From Eledone cirrhosa (lineage: Eukaryota), in NCBI GenBank assembly GCA_964016885.1, contig CAXHJY010001755.1, positions 1-28,504 of the forward strand: a stretch of DNA of 28,504 bases, given 5' to 3'. A program made the position numbers and the translations under genes. Positions 12,436-25,385 of this stretch are shown one piece after another (positions within the stretch are counted from its first letter, which is position 1; each line of letters opens with the position of its first letter). The notes under the pieces are model-generated. The model saw only the letters and a list, made by a program, of their open reading frames with translations, did not search any database and was not told the origin of the DNA.

Positions 12436-12551
12436 TTAGAGAATATAAGAAACCTTAGGACCCCGCTGCCTCGATGTTCTATCCGGTAGTACAGTCATCC
12501 ACATTATCATTTTTGACATTAAATTTTTTCAAATAAACCGAGACATCACAC

Positions 12552-12968
12552 AGTCAGACAAAATGCTGCTGGACAAAAAAAAAAAAACTTCAGTACAAAA
12601 AAATCCACTGAACAAATAATTTCTAGGGAAAAATCTCCACTCCTACCGGACAAAACAAAAACCTCATATAGTAAAATTTAAAACAAAGAGATTAACAAAA
12701 CTATATAATTTTTAATAGCTAACATTATTAAATGTAATTTACCTAATAAAGATTACACTAAACTATATATTCAAATTCTGTATTAAAATTTACTTTGTGG
12801 ATCTTTTGTCAGATGGGGTTTGTCCAAAGGGTTTTTCTCTCGGGGATATCGTTCGACGGGATCATTTTCCAGAGGTTTTGTCCGGTGGGATTCCGGGATT
12901 TTTGTCCTGTGGAGTTTTGTTCTGGTGCTTTCGGTAGGGTTCTGTCCTGGTGTTTTTGTTATCGACTC
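12552..12968. mobile_element. Degenerate Foldback/MULE-like MITE with modular subrepeat arms
   Basis: Left side has repeated (g)gacaaaa...tcc modules, right side repeated gg...ttttgtcc modules, with an AT-rich centre; no clear TSD. Confidence 0.55.
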
Positions 12969-13263
12969 TAAATTTTCTGACTCTTTTCCCGATCCATTGA
13001 AAGGTAAATAGCTAATATCAGGCTAGACAGTTCATGATCTCGAGTACTTGAGAAAAAACAAAACAAAACAAACAAACCAAGCTTACAGCGGCACATGTAT
13101 GTGTGTATGTATAGACACTCACGCACAATACATACATATGTATATAAAAGAAGGATTCATACGCAAATGTCGATATATATATGTGTGTGTGTGTATGATT
13201 AGACCTATATATGAATGTATATGTGTGTGCGTGTATGTGTATACATATCTTCTATGTGCGTAT

Positions 13264-13330
<67 letters not shown>

Positions 13331-13991
13331 AGAGGGACACAGAGAGAATGTGGTGGGTGAGGGGGGGGGTGTTAAGTCAGTAAACTTTTTGTGTTTAACA
13401 TACGTTCAGCTTTCGATTCACAGTTGCAGATTTATGTCTGTAAATTTTTCTATCGGATTGTAAACATAGAAAGGCCACATTTTAATCTATATTCTTTATT
13501 GTTCTTTTGGGTGGTATTGCTGTTGTTTAATTCAAAATTTGCCCTCTACTAAACAGACGTACGATCAAAAAGTGTTCCAGACATGACCATCCCATCATTT
13601 TTTCTTGAGCATTGTATACAGGATCACATTTATATATTTAGAGGTCCCAGCTACTAAAAAGAATAAGCTAACTCCCTATATGCTATGTATGGAACATACT
13701 CCAACATAATTTATTGGGCCTCTCCTTAATTGAGGCCCTAAGTACGTGTTTATTCTGTTTAATGGTTAATCCAAAACTGACTGTATATAAAAAACTGCAT
13801 TAACCAGCGTATACCCCCAATTTCAAAACTCTAGGATGTAATTTGAGGGATATTTGGTAGGTATTTTTAGTGAATCGATCAACAAGTTGAGGCTCTTTTC
13901 AAGGATCTGTTTGCCAGAGAATACAGAAGCCACATAATTTTACTTAATTTTCACCTACTCGTGAAATATATTGATACTTACAAATGAGCGT

Positions 13992-14088
13992 ACACACATA
14001 CACACAGACATATCTACACACATACACACAGACATATCTACACACATACACACAGACATATCTACACACAGACACACAGACATATCTA
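13992..14088 (+). repeat. 24-bp minisatellite (cacacatacacacagacatatcta), about 4 copies
   Basis: Read directly from the sequence. Confidence 0.9.
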
Positions 14089-14210
14089 TCTATCTCTCTA
14101 TCCATCTCTCAATTTGTAGGTGCACATTAAGATTTCTCTTATATACACACGCAGATTATATACATACATACACGCAGACATGAAGTGTATTAGTTTCACG
14201 CTGAGAGGTA

Positions 14211-14270
<60 letters not shown>

Positions 14271-14310
14271 TATACAATATATATATATACATATATATAT
14301 ATATAAAATA

Positions 14311-14342
<32 letters not shown>

Positions 14343-14348
14343 AAATAT

Positions 14349-14393
<45 letters not shown>

Positions 14394-14553
14394 ACATATA
14401 TATGTGTGTATGTGTGCGGGTGTAAAAAGTCCTCAATACCAAAGTTGAGTATAATATTTATTATATTACTGAGATTATTTTCACAATAAGTTTCACAATC
14501 ATGAAGCGAGTAACAGAGAGCAATTACATTACTATAGCAAATAAACACACACA

Positions 14554-14613
<60 letters not shown>

Positions 14614-14964
14614 CGTGCGTTCAAGATTTTCTAATTTTCCTAAGAATGTATAACTGTTTCGAGAATATATGTTTGAAAGTGACGCCCGAACGAGTATCCT
14701 CCACTACCAACTAACTTACCCTCCAACTCTGGCTCCCAGCCGACAGGATGGAGAATGCATTGCCCCGGAAGACGGCGAGGGAGAAGCGCTGTAACAGCCA
14801 CTCCACCTCGCGGGGATCGCACCAGCGGGTGGCCAACTCCACTCCAATAGCAATGTGGTAGTTCAAGAACGCCGGAAGCCTCCACTGTTACAGGCTCTAC
14901 CACAAACCTATCCAAGAGCAGCCGATACTTGGACAGAACTCTTTTATTCGTATGAAATCATCAA

Positions 14965-15016
14965 GACATTCCTGATGATTTTATACGAATGAAACAGTTC
15001 TAATCCCGTAGAAGTC
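14965..15016 (+). ncRNA. Candidate hammerhead within a short inverted repeat (14935-15001)
   Basis: gacattc-CTGATGA-ttttatacgaat-GAAA-c...gta-gaagtc: intact core, bulged stem I, weak stems II and III; degenerate mirror copy at 14935-14964. Confidence 0.4.
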
Positions 15017-15037
15017 ATTTATATATATATATATAAA

Positions 15038-15160
15038 TAAAATAAAATAAATAAGTCAAATGTTTAAAATTTGGCTTCGTTTATTACTGCTATATATATT
15101 TCGGTGACAGCAATCTTTGGCTGCGACCTCTTCAGGCAGTCCAAATATTTATGGTAGAGA
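15038..15160 (-). mobile_element. Inverted partial copy of the family-A pLTR
   Basis: Reverse complement of ~15596-15718 with few substitutions. Confidence 0.85.
15086..15140 (-). ncRNA. Minimal type-I hammerhead ribozyme, family A
   Basis: ACTGC-CTGAAGA-GGTCGCAGC caaagatt GCTGTCACC-GAAA-TATATA-TA-GCAGT. Confidence 0.9.
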
Positions 15161-15497
15161 TGATCTCAAAACTGACCAATGGGAGGAGTGACCTTACAAT
15201 TTTTTATAACATTGAGATTGGGTATAACACACACACATTTTATTTGGTTATTTTATGTTGTTCCTTTACCACATTATTCCTTCTACCACTTTATCATTTT
15301 TTGTGCTGACTCTAACACCAAAACCACTACCAACATAAGCGTAGAGGTCCGATGTACTTAACAATAACAAGAACAACCACCACAGATTGCCTTGCCTCAG
15401 ATCAAATTTCTATAGACTTTTGACTGAGGAATGTTCTCACAACTGACCAATGAGAGGAGAAGATGTCCTTTGACGCTGAAATTCGTTTGTTTAAATT

Positions 15498-15808
15498 CAT
15501 ATGATTCCAGTTCCTCAGTGAAACAACAACCCAACCAGGAACTGGGCATATCAGAGTATTGACAAAGTTAAACACCTCAACAACATGTCTACTCCTCTCT
15601 ACCACACTAATTCGGACTGCCTGAAGAGGTCACAGCCAAAGATTGCTGCCACCGAAATATATATAACAGTAATAAACGAAGCCAAATTTTAAACATTTGA
15701 CTTATTTATTTTATTTTACATTACTCCGGAGTAACCAAACCAAACTGCGTACTTCGTCGAGTGCTCCAATCTGCATACTGAGGTGTTGGTATACAACCAA
15801 CATATACT

Positions 15809-15811
<3 letters not shown>
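15498..15811 (+). mobile_element. PLE pseudo-LTR-like element, family A, copy 2
   Basis: Collinear with 2231-2548, same 3' end running into (TA)n. Confidence 0.8.
15616..15670 (+). ncRNA. Minimal type-I hammerhead ribozyme, family A (first stem I pair mutated)
   Basis: ACTGC-CTGAAGA-GGTCACAGC caaagatt GCTGCCACC-GAAA-TATATA-TA-aCAGT. Confidence 0.82.
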
Positions 15812-16049
<238 letters not shown>

Positions 16050-16271
16050 ACATACACAAATATATAAATATTCATGTATGTATACATAATGGCATGTATT
16101 ACATTAGAATTTTGAAAGAAGTGTATTCATCAATTTTGCTGCGTGACTTTGTATCAATAACAACTTGCATTTGCATCTTATATTTGTACTTTAAATTAAC
16201 ATACATGCACACATACGCACATACTCTTGTGTGTGCGTGTGTGTTTGTATGTGTGTATGTATATTCGTAAC

Positions 16272-16380
16272 GGATGCGTGTGACTTAGTGGTTAGGGGGT
16301 TGTTCTCACTATCTTAAGATCGTAGGTTCGATTGCGGCTCTACGTGCTTGGGCAATACATATTGTTTCGCATTGTACCTA
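16272..16380 (+). mobile_element. tRNA-like SINE head, degenerate
   Basis: tgacttagtggttagg A-box and ggttcgattgc B-box, followed by cttgggcaa..., typical of SINE bodies. Confidence 0.6.
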
Positions 16381-16477
16381 ATGCCAGGAGTTGCAACCGG
16401 CAAATAGTATCAAACATGGAAAGACTAAGGGAAACATTTTTATACACACACACACACGTTTTCTCACTCTCTCACTT

Positions 16478-16618
<141 letters not shown>

Positions 16619-16856
16619 ATGTATAGTGTATCAAAATTGATCACCAGGCGTAGTCATTCGAGTACGGGACGAGTTTGACTATCATATAGATGTATGTCGA
16701 GTGTCCGGAGGAGGGCATAATGAACATTTGTAAAAACATTTAACTAAACCTTTATTTAAAAAAAATTGCCCTTTTGAAATCGGATGATTCTCTTTGAAAC
16801 ACACTGTATGTATGTATGTGTGTAAATATGTATATACACATGTACCGCGCGGTTAA

Positions 16857-17085
16857 ACCACTGGGAGTGAAGGACCCTAGCCTTTGTCAGGGCATTCTTC
16901 TAGAAGAAGTCAACTCAGGAAACTGGGATAACTCCGATATAAAACCTGCGGCTCAGTAGTTACCGATGATGTTGATCTTTTCTTCTTTTCGGGTTATAGC
17001 TACTGTCGCTCAGAGCGTGGGATTGGCTCAGTGCACAGTCTTTCCTCACTTTAAAAAATATCTTCACGCACAGGCATTGCACGAT
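16857..17085 (+). mobile_element. Dispersed repeat, RTE-LINE 5'UTR-like/SINE derivative, copy 1
   Basis: Collinear with 25905-26112 (tagcctttgtca, ttctag.agaag, aactc.gatataa, gatgttga, gtggga.tggct, gcacaggcattgc). Family assignment is from memory of RTE 5'UTRs. Confidence 0.6.
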
Positions 17086-17714
17086 AGAATTAATTAATAA
17101 TTATTAATAATGGTATATCGTGCAATGGCCATACTCGATATCGAGGGGGCAGCCATCAAGTATGTATGTATATCAAAGGTAAAACTATATATACAATGCT
17201 CGAGGGAAAGTAGAGAATTACATATGATAGTATATAATTGTCACGTCTTTACTGTATTAGCTCGAAGTGTTTATATTTTATATATGTTTGAAGAGAAATA
17301 CATATGTATATTTATATGTATTTTATATTCTTAACTGTGTAGTCGATAGAATGAAATATTAGTGAAGCAGTGGAATAGCTAGATTTAATTGTCTATATCC
17401 TCCTTCTATAACTAGAGCATCGTTATATTCTGGTTTCAAATCGAATGCATATGGACTTCAGCTTCATCCCTTTGATGTTGTTAAACTAAGTATTAGTCAT
17501 GTATTGAGATAAATATATAGCATTGCCATGGTATATACTATTGTGTAATGCACGTAATCTAATACGACTTGATACTATGTACCATGCTTTCACTAAGGGT
17601 TTTAGGTGCTCATATAGTCGCGAGCAGATACAAACACCCTCTCGACACTATTCTCTTTATCCAGTGGAACTACTAGGATGTGAGAGTTGGAAAGAGCTGT
17701 ACCAGCAGTAGACT

Positions 17715-17830
17715 GGTATGTTCTTTCGTGATACCGAAAGGATAGAAGACAGATTGACATCGGTGGATTTGAGCAGAAAGAGCCGAGATAAAAGCATCGA
17801 ACGCTTTAACGACTTTGCCAAATTGATTGC
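17715..17830 (-). mobile_element. Old degenerate SINE
   Basis: gactggtatg...ccgaaaggata...cggtggatttga...ctttaacgactttgcca aligns loosely to the SINE copies in the window. Confidence 0.5.
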
Positions 17831-17935
17831 AATTGCCAGTTATAGAAATGAATATTTCAAAAGTAAATGAGGAGGCAAGCAAAGGTTTATTAATGAGAAG
17901 TAAGTAAAAGTATTTAAAAAATCTATTTAAATAAT

Positions 17936-18062
17936 TGTTTCTACTTTTGGCACAAGGCCATCAATTACCCCAGTGCATTACTGGGGCTTTATTTTATCGA
18001 CCCCATAAGGATGAAAGGCAAAGCTACCCTCGGCGGGATTTGAACTCAGAAAGTAAAGGGCC
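17936..18062 (-). mobile_element. 5'-truncated short-tail SINE with 16-bp TSD
   Basis: Flanked by aatctatttaaataat (17920-17935) and aatatattaaaataat (18063-18078), 2 mismatches. Confidence 0.88.
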
Positions 18063-19242
18063 AATATATTAAAATAATACACCCAAAGAGAGAGAAAAAA
18101 GAGAAAAATAAGGAGGAAGAAAAAATGTTTTAGAGGGTAAAATTGGGTATAGCAAACTCTACACTCTTGGCTGAGCAGTACATCACAGCTGTGCCTCACG
18201 GACAAGATGTCGAAATCTTTGCCCTGGTGAACAGCCGGTGACATCCGCTGCTTCAACCATTCCACCTTACTGGGCTACTTACTCGTGTGAGATGCCCTCC
18301 TCCTAGATTTTCAATGGAAAATGGCTGCCGAGGAGCGAGGATAACTTAGGGCTCTATAGCACCGACAGATAAAGTAAGAGGCCGGTTAAGACCCGATATT
18401 TGGTTTTCTGCTCCTCTGTGTTACGGACAGGAATACCCCGGTTTGTGGTGATGAGACTGGTACTGGTACTGGTAACGTGTCGCAACATGTGGCTTTCGAA
18501 AGAATTACAGAGCCAAGAATGTATAGAAACATTTATAGGTGTATGTAGAGCAGTTTCTCAAGCTGCTTTGGATTTGAATGCATTTTTCAAAACTATCACT
18601 TAACTTCGTAGTTACTCCTGCCAGCAATCTCTCTTTTGTCTATCATTTGATTATCTAGTTGATAATCAGTAAATTTGCAGTTTATCCAACACTGCGTTGT
18701 CTATCTACACAACAGACTATCCGACACTGAGTTATTGATTTAATCACAGCCACTCTAACATCTTAAAAGTCATAAGTCCGGTTCTCGACGACGAGTTTTC
18801 TCCTTTATTTCACGTTGATTTAGTTGAAAAAAAAAAGCATTGTCACACAGTGTTACGCTGAATCTCGCAAAACCTATTTTAAGGGGATACATGTCTGTGA
18901 AATATTCACTGACTTGCACACAAATATTACGAGCGGGCTGTCCCGTTATTAAAAAAACTAGAATATTCATCTTCAGGATCGACGGAAATCCAACACTATA
19001 CAACAACTAGTTGTCTATCTATACAACAGGGTAGCTCAGCCCAGTCTTCTCTCCAGACCTAGTAGTCTATGACCAGATGTCTATCCTGTAGTTTGGCTAA
19101 CATGTCACATATTGGTAAAATCTAGGGAATGTTGGATGGTATGTACAATGAGAAGTTCATGTTTAAGTGTCAGGCGACCGTTGTCAACCATTTTGTCAAT
19201 TTGTTTGTTGATATACATTCGAGCATGTAGTTAGGTGGCGTG

Positions 19243-19288
<46 letters not shown>

Positions 19289-19875
19289 AATACATATATA
19301 TACGCCGCACATATATATATACATTGTTCTATGCGCAAACACATATATATATATATATATATACATATATATGTGTGTGTGTAAATATATATATATATAT
19401 GTATATATATATGTGTGTGTGTATGTGTATGTATGCATGTGTATATGAAATTAGCGTGTATGTGAGCATATGGTGTATGTGTGACGGTAGGTGTGAACGT
19501 ATTTGAAGATGTGAATGTGTGCGTGTGTGTCATTGAGTGTGTATGTAATTAACTGCATACGTGTATTCATGATAATCTGTGGTTTTCACGGATGTTTTCT
19601 TCAAATAGAAAAACAAAGTGATAAGTCACAAACTAACTCTCTTTTCCTTTCCTTCATCTTCTTCACTAAAACCCCTATATTTATCTCCCTTCACCCTCCA
19701 CTTCCCTTACCTTTGCCGTTAAACTCACACTCACACGTACACACGCATACATTCATACATACACTCACACACGACCACTCTCACTTCGTTTCTCTCTTTA
19801 CCTATCACCTTCTTATTCTCCCATTCATCTGTACCTATTTATCAAACTCTCCCTAAGCCCTCACTCAGTACACAT

Positions 19876-19974
<99 letters not shown>

Positions 19975-20536
19975 TGTGTGTGTGTGTGTATGTGCGCCTG
20001 TGTAACTGAATACACACCGACACCAACATCCACTCATATATATATGTGTGTGTGTGTATGTGTCACATACAAATAGAATAGAGGAGGCGAGAGAGGAGAC
20101 CAGACACGAACTAGCTTGCAAGATGGTGTACTCCGCTAAACGCACCCAAGGGGCAGGGTATTGCTGTTAATTCGGACAACGGATTACCATCTCAGTTCAG
20201 GAACATTTCGTCCAATAGGTTTCCAGTGTTTCTATCTGGTAGATTCTACACTCAGGGCTTCCCACAACAAGATGATATGGTAGAATATAACTTGGACAAG
20301 AAGACATGCATTTGGATTCAGCCTGAAATCTCATGCGAGGGTCGGCTGATAACCTCATAGACTGTACAAGATACTCACATGGAATGACCAAATGAAGTTT
20401 ATTTTTCAACATAGTCCCCATAAAGAAACAATCCAGTTAGAGAAACAATGAGAAGAGTGTAAATTAATGCATGCAAGATTCTACAGAGCTAGCATCACAC
20501 CTTTGTAGTCAGTCTATGAACTATTCAGCCGAGCAT

Positions 20537-20617
<81 letters not shown>

Positions 20618-20623
<6 letters not shown>

Positions 20624-20790
20624 AGTAACACGACTGTTAGTTCACCATATTGAGAACAAATGTTTCACCTTATGCGGATCTTCAGCTCGGACTGAGTCTG
20701 GCTAACAAATGTTCTCAGTATGGTGAATTAACTGTCGTGAGACTACTTCTACCAAACTCGTCCCGTGGACTCAGTGCTCTACTACTACGT
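20618..20790. mobile_element. Inverted pLTR-like pair, family D; hammerhead on the minus arm (20652-20688)
   Basis: Arms ~20618-20664 and 20704-20750. Minus arm: GAG-CTGAAGA-tCC gcataa GGt-GAAA-CATTTG-TT-CTC. Plus arm keeps actgag...ctcagt stem I but has lost the core. Confidence 0.7.
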
Positions 20791-21167
20791 ATATAACCCT
20801 CCAATGTTCTACCTTTATATATATATATTGTTTCCTCCCGTTGCATTGTATTTTCTCTGCAACGGGAGGAAACAATAGCACCACTGACGATGTTGCAGAT
20901 GTGCAACGAAAGAACTTTGATAAACTATATATATGTGTTTGTGTCTATATTGTATCTGTATTATTTTTGACCGTTGGTCAGTCAATGGCAACATTGAGGA
21001 CCGAATAAATTAGATTACCGATATAAAAGAACAGAAGCGAAAAGCGAAAACCAACCAAACAGTGAGTGTGTTCTGTTATTAATTCTGGCAATATTACACA
21101 AATATGACCCTCCCCAAGTATAACAATATTTGTTTCGACACACGATTTCATATCAAAAACCTCGCAA

Positions 21168-21226
<59 letters not shown>

Positions 21227-21267
21227 CGAAACATAAGTCAATTGCATGAACTCATAATCCTTTATTT

Positions 21268-21323
21268 ACTGCTATATATATTTCGATGATAGCCATAGAA
21301 TGGCTATGACCTCATCAGGCAGT
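21268..21323 (-). ncRNA. Minimal type-I hammerhead ribozyme, family A variant
   Basis: ACTGC-CTGATGA-GGTCATAGCCA ttcta TGGCTATCATC-GAAA-TATATA-TA-GCAGT followed by AATAAA; compensatory C-G to U-A change in stem II relative to 2349-2403. Confidence 0.9.
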
Positions 21324-21424
21324 TAGTCAGATCTTAGATATGCCAGCTCTGTGTTTATGGTGTTGATGGTATATATATATATGTGTGTGTGTGTATATAT
21401 GTCTGTGTGTGTGTGTGTGTATGT

Positions 21425-21630
21425 ATATCCCCACTGAAGTCGGTGGTAACTACAGTTAAAAATGTACTCGATATAAATATTATTATAATTATATATATAT
21501 ATTTATTATAAGAACAGATTAACATTTAATCTGTTCTTATAATAAATATTTGCTCTACGGGTTTATATATATATATAATCCTTATCGAGCCCTCTTCGGA
21601 TTTTAGTCTTTACATTTATTATTACTATAT
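21425..21630. mobile_element. Two outward-facing pLTR-like tails around a perfect 24-bp-arm hairpin (21499-21549)
   Basis: atatttattataagaacagattaa-cat-ttaatctgttcttataataaatat. The right tail is the 3-copy repeat; the left tail (minus) is homologous to 24705-24757. Confidence 0.65.
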
Positions 21631-21763
21631 TAATTCTGACGATTTGGTCGGGTATCGACTGTAATTAAAGTTGAGTGACGTAACCTTTAACGATCAGCGA
21701 CTTTTAATCTCACCTGACTAAAGAAACAATTGTTAAAGAAAGAACCTCTCTATTGAAAATTAC

Positions 21764-21994
21764 CTTTGGCCTAGTGTGCCCGCACGATCATGCAAAGTGG
21801 GGTCCCTCCTCATTTTGTATACATTGTCCATACGTGGCTTGGTGCCCAATTTTCAACTGGGTCGTCGAGGTCCACTCCCTAACTAATGACATGCGACTTC
21901 TTCTGCTCAAAACCCAAAACATAGACTCAATTGAAGAACGCATTCGTCGTGTACTGACCAACATACCCCGTTACATCACTTCGGATCTTGGAAG
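21764..21994 (-). other. Candidate host-gene exon (5'UTR plus possible start MDNVYKMRRDPTLHDRAGTLGQ, CDS 21831-21764)
   Basis: Unique, higher-GC 231-bp segment bounded by atttttgcag acceptor and AAG|gtaatt donor. All frames have stops in the 5' part, so it is not an internal coding exon. Confidence 0.3.
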
Positions 21995-22300
21995 CTGCAA
22001 AAATCTCAGATTGCTCTTCTGGTCTCTTAATCATTTCAAAGTTTCCGTACATCTCTTTCATCCAAATGTAATGGAAACCAAACATACACACACCTATATA
22101 TATACATACATACATACAGACACGGAGAGTGCGCAAGCACACATACACTCATGGCACCCGCTAAAACTCAAGTACATATTCATCGATGGTAACAAGGACA
22201 GTATTGAAGTAGGGTATGACTATAGCAATATGAATGGGAATCACATATCTGTGTATATAGGTTATATACACATATTTTTGTGTACACACTTACACATACA

Positions 22301-22375
<75 letters not shown>

Positions 22376-22504
22376 TTATATATGTATGAATAAATAAATA
22401 TATGTATGTACGTGTATATATATGAAAATATATATATGTATATGAATAAATACATATATATATTCATACACACACACACACATATGCATATATACGTATG
22501 CGAT

Positions 22505-23245
<741 letters not shown>

Positions 23246-23840
23246 TCACACTCTTGTTGGCGTTGTTACAGTACGTGTTCAGGACTTCTTATTAGCAATA
23301 GTAGTCTAGGTGCAATAGTGATTACTAAAACACTTGCTATAACATCAGACTTAGGTTATTCGGTGGAAGGTTTCTCATTAGAGAGTAACAGAATTTCTAA
23401 TGGATTACACACAGTAGATAAGTGTCATCTGGTAAGAAGGCAGAGACAAGTACACTATATGTGCATTTTTGTTTGGTCTGTCTCGCATAATGCATTCGCT
23501 AGAACAAAGATAAAAGCAGTTCCTTGGAACAAAGATTTCCTATACGGATCACGATATCTTGAACGCAAATGATATTGCATTGAATAAAAACATTATTAGT
23601 TGTTACATACAATTTTATATCATTTAATGCATATAATGTTGTACATTAATTTCTAAACTAAACATACATGCATGCAGGATCCTGTAACTCCCGAGTGAGT
23701 CGTGTGGCTGCCATATTGACATGCGGTGTTTCTATGGCATTTTAAAAAACCTAGTGGAGCCTATCTACTCTCCAGTAGAATTCTTCCAGAAAAAGGATAG
23801 AACGTGAGAGAGAGGAAATGGGAAAGAGACATAGTGGAAG

Positions 23841-24000
23841 AATCGACCCCAGTATTAGACTGGTACATTTTTATTGACTTTAAATGGATGAAAGGCAAAG
23901 TTGACCGCGGCGGGATTTGAACTCAGAGAGCAGAGAACTGAAACGAATATCGAAAAGCATTCTATTCGATGTTCTCGCAAATCTGCCTATTCGTCGCCTC
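23841..24000 (-). mobile_element. tRNA-derived SINE
   Basis: gactggtac...ggatgaaaggcaaagttgaccgcggcgggatttgaactcag (B-box on minus strand). Confidence 0.85.
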
Positions 24001-24461
24001 TACATACGTGTATATGCATAGGTCATTTAAAATATAACTTGTTTTATAATTTTTATTATCCCTTAGACATTTTATAGGCGTGCATATACTGAAAGAGCTG
24101 AACACAATATTGTTACTGTTGATGTGCTATTGCGTTTGTTCATTAGTTCGCAGTCAGCATTCATCCAGCAGATTTCTCATCAAAGATGTTCCAGCTGAAA
24201 CAGTCTCGTCTCTTTAATTTTCAAACATAGCTTATCTTGGACTGCACTACCCACATTTATCATACATTGATAAGAGAGCAGCATGTATTTGAAGGCAATT
24301 GGGCTGTTTTATACTCGATGGAGATATGAAGAGACAATTAAAAACTGCTGAAAAAGTAGAATTTAGAAAACAAAATGCAAGTTAACAAAGTCCTGACCCA
24401 GAAAATAGATTACACATCTGTCTATTTGTAACGTATTTCGGAGAAGATTATATAACTGCGC

Positions 24462-24625
24462 AAGGCGGCGAATTGGCAGAGTTGTTAGAACGTCGGATAC
24501 AATGCTTTGTGGTGTTCGTTCCGACTCTCTGCTCTCTGAGTTCAAATCCCACCGAGGTTAATGTCGCCTTTCACCCATTCTAGATCGATAAAAAAGCACC
24601 AGTCAAATACTGGCGTGGATTCTTC
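24462..24625 (+). mobile_element. tRNA-derived SINE
   Basis: aaggcggcgaattggcagagttgttag head, ctgagttcaaatccc B-box. Confidence 0.85.
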
Positions 24626-24694
24626 CTCTATATCTATTTCTCTCTTCCATTCATTCCCTATCTATTCTTCTCCGGCTCATTACGTTCTGTCTTC

Positions 24695-24757
24695 ACTACA
24701 CATGTATTGAGTACCTTATTTACTGTGGTTACCCCCAACTCAAATTGAGACCTACTT
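24695..24757 (+). repeat. pLTR-tail-like fragment ending in (TA)n
   Basis: ttgagtaccttatttactgtggttacccccaact aligns with tcgagtacatttttaactgtagttaccaccgact (21425-21475 minus). Confidence 0.55.
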
Positions 24758-24782
24758 ATATATATATATAATATATATATTA

Positions 24783-24845
24783 CTGTAATCCTCCGCTATA
24801 TCGCGGTTCACTTTTCACGGTCCCGTATACATCGCGGATTTTTCG
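24783..24845 (+). mobile_element. Single pogo/Tigger-like MITE terminus
   Basis: TA-ctgtaatcctccgctatatcgcggttcac resembles Tigger-type terminal inverted repeats; no partner end recognised. Confidence 0.45.
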
Positions 24846-25301
24846 TTAGAACATAACTCTATTTTACTCTTTTACTTGTTCCAGCCATCCGGCTGAGGCC
24901 ATGCTGGGGCAACACTCTTGAAAAGTGAAGCATGTTGAGGTTAACAGGAGTCGAACATTTGACCGCTAGTTCCCTAGTCTAGTGCGTTATCCAATGATGT
25001 ACGTCTGAATAAAAAGTGTTTAAACTTAAACTTATTAAATAAGTTTCGATGTGATTGAGGTATATAGCGTAAGGAAGGGGCATCTTAATGCTTTAACTAT
25101 AAACAAATGTTTTTCTTCACTCTTTCACTATTATTACTCAAAGATTAACCTGCATAGGAATTCCCGAGAACTCGCAAACTCGCTACCTAAGGAAACCTCT
25201 TGTTGAGTCAAACAACCCCGTACGCTAAAACTATCCACAATACGGAATACTCACAACCTCACAACCTCTAACTGGATTACCTATAACGATAATTTGTTAT
25301 C

Positions 25302-25380
<79 letters not shown>

Positions 25381-25385
<5 letters not shown>

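Noticed and set aside
16272-16345. tRNA gene (also 11862-11931)
   Set aside because: Has A and B boxes but no acceptor stem or cloverleaf; SINE head.
18285-18350. Twister-like GGAGGAGGG on the minus strand
   Set aside because: The UAA cleavage loop and pseudoknot partners could not be placed.
18940-18977. Minus-strand CTGAAGATG core-like motif
   Set aside because: No stem II or GAAA downstream.
20114-20360. ~80-codon plus-strand open frame containing SDNG..SQFRN (transposase/integrase-like)
   Set aside because: One short motif only, no other catalytic context.
21636-21690. CTGACGA followed by hairpin tggtcg/cgactg as a hammerhead
   Set aside because: No GAAA box and no stem I pairing; at best a very decayed copy.
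21753-22397. 214-aa plus-strand ORF
   Set aside because: Non-ATG start, no domain, and it runs into a (TG)n repeat; splice signals favour the minus strand.
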